This document shows, in pieces, positions 18,367-24,458 of a stretch of DNA of 24,458 nucleotides. Source of the stretch: a virus (lineage: Duplodnaviria > Caudoviricetes); the IMG/VR virus record IMGVR_UViG_3300024261_000149, positions 1 to 24,458 of that record, one strand, 5' to 3'. The notes below the pieces were generated by a model, which did not search any database, was not told the origin of the DNA, and saw only the letters and a program-made list of their open reading frames with translations. Each line of letters starts with the position of its first letter. The first letter of the stretch is position 1. Position numbers and translations under genes: made by a program.

Positions 18367-21168
18367 CTATTCTAAACCATCAAAATTGAAATTGACAATA
18401 TCGATATTATTTTTTTTGTAGAATTCTTCATCTTCTTTGGATAATGGATTAGAGTTATGTGCATTTATTATGTCTTTAATTATATTCGGTTTTACTGATT
18501 CTGTTTCTAAATATTCTATTTCTGCGTTATATTGAGTTTCTAAGAAATCTTTAATTTCAGATTCAGTTTTATTTTCCCCCTTCATTGATTGTACGATTTG
18601 GACTAAATCTTCAAGTCTTGATTTAACATTTGTTAAAGGTTCACCAATAATACTATTCTCCCCATTAATTATTATATCCTCTAAATTTTTCTTAGGTGTA
18701 ATACCATAATCATTTAGGTATTTATAAATATTATCTTTAAGGTTGTTTTGGATTTCAGTTATCAATGTACTATATTGACCGAATTGTTTTAAGTTATCTT
18801 TTAATATTTGTGATTCATTGTCATCTGGGTTAATATCTGTTGATACTCCTAACATTTTCACCAGCCCAATACTTGGAACTAATTCATCAAAGAACTTCAA
18901 ACCTTTCTTTACTGCCTTAGCCGTTTCTTCTGGATAACCAAACATTAATGCGAATAAAGAACCTTGAAACAAAACGCTTTTTACATTAGGTACATATTTA
19001 GTGTAATTTTTTAATATTGTTGTAAAATCTACTCCTTTATCAAACTCTGATTGAATGTATTTTCTTAGTGTAACATTCTTTTCCGATGATTTTAACATTT
19101 TATTAAAAGCACTCTTATTACTTGTAGATACACTTTCCATCTGCTTTATGAAAGCCTTCATCTCTTTAGTACCAGCAAAAGACATCACTGAATTATTTAG
19201 ACTAATTAATTTTTTTATCTCACTTGACGATAAACCTTCAAACGACTCCTCAAAAGCCTCTTTCTGGAATTTCGACCGTTGTTCCTTAGATAACGATTTC
19301 CACGCTACTTCCGAGTAGTTTTTCATTGAGTTTTTTATGACTTTGTTATAAATGTCTGTATATTTTTTACCGTTTACTACCAAACCTTTGGCTACTTTAC
19401 CTAATTTACCAGCGCCAAAAGTAAAAACTGAGAAAAATTGTAATCCCGCATTAAATTTCCACCCTTCATCTTGTTCATATACATAACCTAAACCACTTAC
19501 AGCATCAATTGCTATCGACAACATCGCCCCAGATGCTAAACACCCTGCACTACCAGTAAATGGACAAGTTAAGAACAATACTGCAATTGACATAATATCG
19601 AACATACAATGCCAATCAGATGGACATTTCTTAATAAAATCATCCGCCTTGTAATAAAAGTCTCTAGTGTCGTGCATAGTTTGACCTAACCTCTTCGCTG
19701 GGTTATAAAAACCAGCACCAAAGGCTGACCCATTAAAAACATTCATATTTTTATTTAGTGTGTTAACACACCCACAACCCATAATAAAGTCTTTATTACC
19801 ATAGTCATCTTGATCTCTTACCTCACCATCAACGTCTACACCACTACCGGCATTATATATCCAATTTCCCATATTATTTCCCTGTTGACAAAACGTTTTC
19901 CAAGTACTATATTTATATTTTGCTGGACCCTGTAGTACTGACTGAAGAGTAGCCAAAGGCTGTAACCCCCCTACTGGAGTTCTACTACTATCATAAACAG
20001 CATCATCACAAAGGTACGCCTGTTTAGGGTTCTGAGTATCAAATCTATCATTCCAATTTTTTATCATATCCAAAAGTGAGATATACCCTTTCATCATCGA
20101 CTCTACAGGTGTACCATTTTCCTTTTTAAAATTCACTATATCATTCTCAATTTCTGATACTAGGTCTTGAGCTGCATCCCACTTATCATCTTCGGACTCG
20201 GACTCGACACCACTAACATCATAGTTAAATTTCCAAGGTTTCCGTTTACCACCAGGTCGGGGGGTTGCAATCAGTTTCTTAGCTTGATAGTAACCTTTTT
20301 CTTCTTTGAACTTCTTCACCCATATATCTCTCATAATAACGTCAGGGGTATAATTTTGACCTTTGTAAGTGTTATGATATAGTGACCATACTTCATTTAC
20401 TACCCACTCTGGGGATAATAAGGTGGTTCTATTCATATCAAAAAAGTCGTCTAAACCTAAGTCCCCTACCCCCACCGCAACACTAAGGAATTTGGTTACA
20501 AATTTTTGATCTACCATCGTAAGAGACCCATCCTTCCATCCGAACACCTTTCGACATTCATTCCAATTGTTTTTTGTTTTATTATAACTACTTACATATT
20601 CTTTAAGATCTATTGAGTTAGCAACCCATTTTGGTAATATAAGTTTGTCCATCGAAACCTTTGTTAATGTGGTTTTAACTTTATTTCCGTAATACTCTTT
20701 TTCTTTACTGGTATACATGCTGGGGGGTTTTGCATCTCTTTTAACACCGTCCCAGCTATCTATAGTATTTAAATCATTTTCTCCTTTCTTCTTATTACCC
20801 ACCCCCTTTATTTCTTTCTGTCTTTCTTTTGTCGACCTATAATACAACTCACCACCTCTACTCCAAGCAACCTTAAAATGTTCATTACCATATGCACCAC
20901 TTTTAGAAAACCCATCCGTATACCCTAATTTCTTTAATTCATTATTTATGGTGTCGAGTCTTTTTTTATCTTTATAAACCCACTCTCTAAAATTATCACC
21001 ATCAGATTTATTTTTTATAAGTTTATTATAAAGATCTTGATACGTTTTAAGTGTATCATAATTAAAGAACAATTTTCTATTTAATATTTTATCGGCACCA
21101 TTTTTGGTTTGTTCATTTAAAAAAACGCGACTATACTGAGATTCCGATATAATTATTCTGTTACCCAT
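18367..21168 (-). CDS. Large hypothetical protein with leader (FLNE|Q) and pre-toxin-like hydrophobic hairpin; candidate ejection protein
   Basis: 933-aa ORF; starts MGNRIIISESQYSRVFLNEQ; central hydrophobic region HCMFDIMSIAVLF...DAVSGLGYVYEQD...NAGLQFFSVF; weak PG-binding-like ELKKLGY...GAYG...AW. Confidence 0.75.
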   Translation of the reverse strand: MGNRIIISESQYSRVFLNEQTKNGADKILNRKLFFNYDTLKTYQDLYNKLIKNKSDGDNFREWVYKDKKRLDTINNELKKLGYTDGFSKSGAYGNEHFKVAWSRGGELYYRSTKERQKEIKGVGNKKKGENDLNTIDSWDGVKRDAKPPSMYTSKEKEYYGNKVKTTLTKVSMDKLILPKWVANSIDLKEYVSSYNKTKNNWNECRKVFGWKDGSLTMVDQKFVTKFLSVAVGVGDLGLDDFFDMNRTTLLSPEWVVNEVWSLYHNTYKGQNYTPDVIMRDIWVKKFKEEKGYYQAKKLIATPRPGGKRKPWKFNYDVSGVESESEDDKWDAAQDLVSEIENDIVNFKKENGTPVESMMKGYISLLDMIKNWNDRFDTQNPKQAYLCDDAVYDSSRTPVGGLQPLATLQSVLQGPAKYKYSTWKTFCQQGNNMGNWIYNAGSGVDVDGEVRDQDDYGNKDFIMGCGCVNTLNKNMNVFNGSAFGAGFYNPAKRLGQTMHDTRDFYYKADDFIKKCPSDWHCMFDIMSIAVLFLTCPFTGSAGCLASGAMLSIAIDAVSGLGYVYEQDEGWKFNAGLQFFSVFTFGAGKLGKVAKGLVVNGKKYTDIYNKVIKNSMKNYSEVAWKSLSKEQRSKFQKEAFEESFEGLSSSEIKKLISLNNSVMSFAGTKEMKAFIKQMESVSTSNKSAFNKMLKSSEKNVTLRKYIQSEFDKGVDFTTILKNYTKYVPNVKSVLFQGSLFALMFGYPEETAKAVKKGLKFFDELVPSIGLVKMLGVSTDINPDDNESQILKDNLKQFGQYSTLITEIQNNLKDNIYKYLNDYGITPKKNLEDIIINGENSIIGEPLTNVKSRLEDLVQIVQSMKGENKTESEIKDFLETQYNAEIEYLETESVKPNIIKDIINAHNSNPLSKEDEEFYKKNNIDIVNFNFDGLE

Positions 21169-21173
21169 ATCTT

Positions 21174-22868
21174 TTATACAACTCTACTTAGAAGTTTAGC
21201 CCATTGGACTGGACCCTTTTGGATTATTCCCGCCACAGTAAGTTCCTCATTTTCGGGTAACTCTATAGCTTTATTGACAGCGTCTTCAAACCCATCCTTA
21301 AACTGTTTATTTCTACCGAATATCTTCTCTTCAGGTTTAGAAATTATTCTATACTCATTCTCACCCACTTTTTTAATTTTTCCGCGACTTCTGCCATTTA
21401 TTATAATTTCGTATTTTTGACCAATAACACCACCATCGGGTTTTTCATAATCGATATTCCATTGTTTTTTTAATAGATAAACACCCTTTCCCTTTTTAAA
21501 TAGACCAATTTTTTCTAATTTACTATGGTAATTACCTAAACACCATTCTATATAACCTCTCGCGTCATCTTCCTTATCACCAAAAGCGTCTTCCATTGTC
21601 ATACCTTCCTTAGCCAACTTAATATAATTACCCATATTTTCTCTACACCCTCCAGGACCAGAAAATATCTTTTTAAATTCCCCTTTATCTTGCCTATCGT
21701 CTTTTCTTTTTTCCGCCACAGTTGTTATATTGTCAACACCGTCAGAGTCAACAGGGACATAAAACATTTTACCGTCATTATCCACTAACTTACCACTATC
21801 ATCCATTATCTTCATCGATTTTGATGGTGTTTTTGAATTCTTCTCACTAAACATACTACGTAATATATCAAAAGATATCCTTGTTCCACCCACAGGTTTC
21901 CAATCGACACTTTCAAAATCATCAATATCTTTCCGTTTCTTTATAATAGTTTCGTCTGTGGGGTTTTTATACCATATATCATAAAATAATATATTATCAC
22001 CCTCTTTCTTAACATTAGTTAAGATAGTGTCATATTCAGTTTTATATTCAGGGGTATCATTTCCAGCTCCACTATCAGTACCAGCTCCACTATCAGTTCC
22101 ACTATCAGTATCATTTCCAGCTCCACTATCAGTATCAGTATCAGTATCAGTATCAGCTCCAGTATCAGTATCATTTCCAGCTCCACTATCAGTATCAGTA
22201 TCAGTATCAGCTCCAGTATCAGCTCCACTATCACTATCAGTATTACCTTCAGGTTCCGTATAAGAACTATTTATGGTTGAAGCTTTAACTTTACCCAAAG
22301 AATCAACCTTACTTGAGTTTATTCTCGTTTCAATAGCGTCCATCCCTTTTTGGTTAGTTTGTTGTTTCCAGTTTGTCCCATCAGTACTATACCAATATGT
22401 ACCATCTGGTAGCTTTGAGTAACTATACTTACCCCCTTTATCTTTAAAAGTCTCCACAGTACTTACAACATTTGACTTATCTGGAGTCACTAACTCACCA
22501 TTTACAAATGTTCCAGATGTCACTGTTCCATCCTCCTTAGTAAATGTACCCTTACCATTCTCCATATCATCTTTGAATTCTCCGACATATATTTCACCAA
22601 AACTATTTTTATACGTCCCTTTACCACTTCTCTTACCATCTACATATCCACCCACATATTCAAAATCCACATCTTTCCAAGTACCTTCCCCATTTTTACA
22701 GTCACCTGCAACACATTTCCCTGATATTTCTCCTGGTGGTGTTATACCTGTTGGTATTTCCACCTCTGTTGATGCTTCAGTAATTAAGTTACCGAACATT
22801 CTTTCCTCTGTAAACAGAGATTTAATTCTATTAATCTCTTCGTTTATTGATTTATATTTTCTCTCCAT
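21174..22868 (-). CDS. MORN-repeat protein with conserved leader (LITE|A) and Asp/Thr/Gly low-complexity linker
   Basis: MORN pattern YVGGYVDGKRSGKGTYKNSFGEIYVGEFKDDMENGKGTFTKEDG preceded by CVAGDCKNGEG; DT/DSGAGNDT repeats. Confidence 0.8.
   Translation of the reverse strand: MERKYKSINEEINRIKSLFTEERMFGNLITEASTEVEIPTGITPPGEISGKCVAGDCKNGEGTWKDVDFEYVGGYVDGKRSGKGTYKNSFGEIYVGEFKDDMENGKGTFTKEDGTVTSGTFVNGELVTPDKSNVVSTVETFKDKGGKYSYSKLPDGTYWYSTDGTNWKQQTNQKGMDAIETRINSSKVDSLGKVKASTINSSYTEPEGNTDSDSGADTGADTDTDTDSGAGNDTDTGADTDTDTDTDSGAGNDTDSGTDSGAGTDSGAGNDTPEYKTEYDTILTNVKKEGDNILFYDIWYKNPTDETIIKKRKDIDDFESVDWKPVGGTRISFDILRSMFSEKNSKTPSKSMKIMDDSGKLVDNDGKMFYVPVDSDGVDNITTVAEKRKDDRQDKGEFKKIFSGPGGCRENMGNYIKLAKEGMTMEDAFGDKEDDARGYIEWCLGNYHSKLEKIGLFKKGKGVYLLKKQWNIDYEKPDGGVIGQKYEIIINGRSRGKIKKVGENEYRIISKPEEKIFGRNKQFKDGFEDAVNKAIELPENEELTVAGIIQKGPVQWAKLLSRVV
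22054..22243. repeat. In-frame coding tandem repeat (TATCAG hexamers nested in 54-60 bp units)
   Basis: GTATCATTTCCAGCTCCACTATCAGTA recurs at 22054, 22108 and 22168 with variable TATCAG runs; encodes (DT)n and DSGAGNDT. Confidence 0.95.
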
Positions 22869-22892
22869 AACACAATAATTTTATCTTTATAC

Positions 22893-22901
22893 TATAAATA
22901 T
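22893..22901 (-). promoter_or_regulatory. Putative late promoter motif ATATTTATA heading the orphan gene cluster
   Basis: Exact motif 24 nt upstream of ATG 22868; plus-strand ACTATAAATAT is identical to 171-181. Confidence 0.55.
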
Positions 22902-22931
22902 TAAATTTTTATAAAAAAAACACTTATATAT

Positions 22932-22970
22932 AAAAAATCCTCTTTATAAGTTTATATTATAAAGAGGATT
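22932..22970 (-). terminator. Intrinsic terminator downstream of the endonuclease gene
   Basis: Perfect 14-bp stem AATCCTCTTTATAA (22936-22949) / TTATAAAGAGGATT (22957-22970), 7-nt loop, T-run following on the minus strand. Confidence 0.8.
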
Positions 22971-22978
22971 AATAAATA

Positions 22979-23857
22979 TTAAGTTAAATGTCTTTTGAGT
23001 TCACCTATAACCCATTCGGGTTTATCGTTAATATCCGTCTCCCAAAAACGAAGTAATGTATAACCATTTTCTAAAGTCCATTTATTTTTTATCTTATCCT
23101 TAGTTAAATTTTTTATTTGATGTTCTGTTACCGGTATCTTATGTTTAGTGTTAGGGTTACAGTGCCAAAAATCCCCATCTACTTCTATTAATATATTTTT
23201 ACCCTTAATTTTAAAGTCGTATAAGGCTTTAATCTCCCTCACATAAAACTGTGGGTGATATTCAATACCACAATCATCCATTAATTTACTAAAATATTTT
23301 TCTAAGTTAGAGACAGGTGTTAAACCATTTTCTTTTATATAAGACACTCTTTTATGACTTTGTTTTTCCCTGTTCACCTCTTTACTCCAATATTCCCTCA
23401 TACCCTTATCGAGACTATCTAAAACATGTTGGGGTCTTTTCCTTCCTTTTAGAGCTTGGGAAATTTTTTTATTCCTTTCTAAATTATTAGATATTTTCTC
23501 ACCATAGTCCAATCTTTCGTCATCGTCTTTGGTTAATCCCTTATTCCATATAACTAACTCACCATATCCGTACAATCTTCTTTGGGTGTCCTTAGACTTT
23601 TTCTGAGCGTCAGTATTATGACCCCAATTATTGTTAATTCTAGAAGCGTGACCATGAATAAAATCTCTAAAACCCTTTTTAATTCCTAAAAATGATGGGG
23701 TTTCACCACACCCACAATTACATTTTGGTGATATACCTTCTAAATTATGTTTAATAAAGGTTTCTTGTGGTTTGATATCATGTTTTTTGACATTATGAGA
23801 TGATAATCCCCATAATGAATCAAAGTCTTTATCACATATTTCACATTTGTGTTGCAT
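22979..23857 (-). CDS. Free-standing homing endonuclease, Vsr/DUF559-like nuclease with C2H2 Zn finger and NUMOD3-like motif
   Basis: CEICDKDFDSLWGLSSHNVKKH (C2H2), CNCGCG, WNKGLTK, KISQALKGRK (NUMOD3-like), and YDFKI...IEVDGDFWH...DKIKN...GYTLLRFWETDI (Vsr/DUF559-like). Confidence 0.85.
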   Translation of the reverse strand: MQHKCEICDKDFDSLWGLSSHNVKKHDIKPQETFIKHNLEGISPKCNCGCGETPSFLGIKKGFRDFIHGHASRINNNWGHNTDAQKKSKDTQRRLYGYGELVIWNKGLTKDDDERLDYGEKISNNLERNKKISQALKGRKRPQHVLDSLDKGMREYWSKEVNREKQSHKRVSYIKENGLTPVSNLEKYFSKLMDDCGIEYHPQFYVREIKALYDFKIKGKNILIEVDGDFWHCNPNTKHKIPVTEHQIKNLTKDKIKNKWTLENGYTLLRFWETDINDKPEWVIGELKRHLT

Positions 23858-23897
23858 AAAAAATCCCTTTTACATATAAATATACACGTAAAAGGGA
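23858..23897 (-). terminator. Terminator-like hairpin after the tail tube gene, with ATATTTATA motif in its loop
   Basis: 10-bp stem TCCCTTTTAC (23864-23873) / GTAAAAGGGA (23888-23897), 14-nt loop, then TTTTTT and immediately the endonuclease ATG on the minus strand. Confidence 0.75.
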
Positions 23898-23922
23898 AAG
23901 TCTTATGTTTGATAAAGGAATC

Positions 23923-24411
23923 TCAAAAAACATTGATGGCCCTATCAAACCGGAGCGTACAACTAATCTCAGCTAAAGAATCTGAATTATAGTCTAATGT
24001 ACCGAAATCAGCGTCATTTAATTGAGTTCCTTGTAGTATCCATTTCTGAACAACAACACCGGTTGGATCTAACATTTCCAACTCAACGTCTTTTTTGTAA
24101 CCAGCCGCATAACCTTGTCGTCCTGTTACTGATTCTGAATGTAATCTAACCCATTCCATTAAAGCTTGTGTAGCTGAAGGACCAATTGGATCTCTAAATG
24201 TCACCCCTATAGTATCCCACTGAAATCTACCAATCACAAACGTAGATGTATTTAAGAAAGGTATTTCTACCTCACTACTAGTATATTTTGGTCGACTTGT
24301 TGTTGATACCCACCATTCTTGTATTCCCAGTTCATCGGGAAACCTTAAAATAAACCTATTCTGTCTTAATGGTTCATAAGGAACAGGCATTCGCATTAAT
24401 AAATCCGCCAT
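23923..24411 (-). CDS. Tail tube protein (T4 gp19-like)
   Basis: 162 aa; motifs GRFQWDTIGVTFRD, MEW, YKKDVELEMLDPTGVVVQKWILQG, FGTLDY...EISCTLRFD typical of gp19-family tubes. Confidence 0.9.
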   Translation of the reverse strand: MADLLMRMPVPYEPLRQNRFILRFPDELGIQEWWVSTTSRPKYTSSEVEIPFLNTSTFVIGRFQWDTIGVTFRDPIGPSATQALMEWVRLHSESVTGRQGYAAGYKKDVELEMLDPTGVVVQKWILQGTQLNDADFGTLDYNSDSLAEISCTLRFDRAINVF

Positions 24412-24458
24412 TTTTTAATTTTTTTTATATTTATTATTGTATTTGATAAGTTTTTTCA

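Noticed and set aside
17469-21168. Toxin-immunity pair (933 aa plus 290 aa)
   Set aside because: No toxin catalytic motif recognised, and the downstream gene carries a cargo-type leader rather than resembling an immunity protein.
22019-22234. 71-aa minus-strand ILILIVELE ORF
   Set aside because: Alternative-frame reading of the hexamer repeat inside the 564-aa gene.
22054-22243. Possible CRISPR array or DGR repeat
   Set aside because: Intervening segments are made of the same hexamers rather than unique spacers, the tract is in-frame coding, and no cas or reverse transcriptase gene is present.
6283-22878. All plus-strand ORFs in the track (e.g. 7367-7783, 10960-11622, 14186-14617, 22027-22263, 22573-22878)
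   Set aside because: They lie antisense to long minus-strand genes, are mostly Ser/Leu/Phe/Ile-rich as expected for codon shadows, and show no recognisable motifs.
22869-23922. Group I intron or intein housing the endonuclease
   Set aside because: Tube gene is complete with its own stop, flanks are short and AT-rich without intron core elements, and the ORF has its own start and stop.
1227-24411. Bacterial eCIS/T6SS/tailocin locus instead of a phage
   Set aside because: Homing endonuclease, gp26/gp51-like chaperone, late-promoter-like motif and no bacterial genes favour a phage; not fully excluded because capsid genes are outside the window.
1-24458. Stop-codon reassignment as seen in some large phages
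   Set aside because: Genes are long and tightly packed under the standard code; TAG (18367) and TGA (23923) both end genes at sensible positions.
1-24458. tRNA or rRNA genes
   Set aside because: Intergenic gaps are short and very AT-rich; no cloverleaf or T-loop motif seen.

Overview
AT-rich window from a large contractile-tailed phage (distant T4-like myovirus), with every credible gene on the minus strand. In transcription order (right to left): tail tube; a free-standing Vsr/DUF559-type homing endonuclease between two terminator hairpins; four large orphan genes plus a 28-aa relic; a gp26-like chaperone followed by an unannotated, start-less gp51-like frame that probably needs a +1/-2 frameshift; a fifth orphan gene; tape-measure-like protein; tube-initiator-like baseplate protein with an inserted OmpA-like domain; LysM/gp53-like wedge protein; a 1823-aa hub ending in a degenerate GH19 domain; three small hypotheticals. 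Absence of Shine-Dalgarno motifs and a TAnnTTTG element suggest a Bacteroidota host (inference). The best candidate for an undescribed system is the five otherwise unrelated orphan proteins (MORN, pre-toxin-like membrane hairpin, EF-hand, Cys-rich membrane protein). All begin with 19-35 aa leaders ending in hydrophobic-hydrophobic-x-Glu, resembling T4 capsid-targeting/prohead-protease propeptides. Two leaders are clearly homologous and one survives as a decayed duplicate, suggesting an exchangeable array of virion-packaged, injected cargo proteins. All family assignments come from motif recognition by eye; no searches were run.
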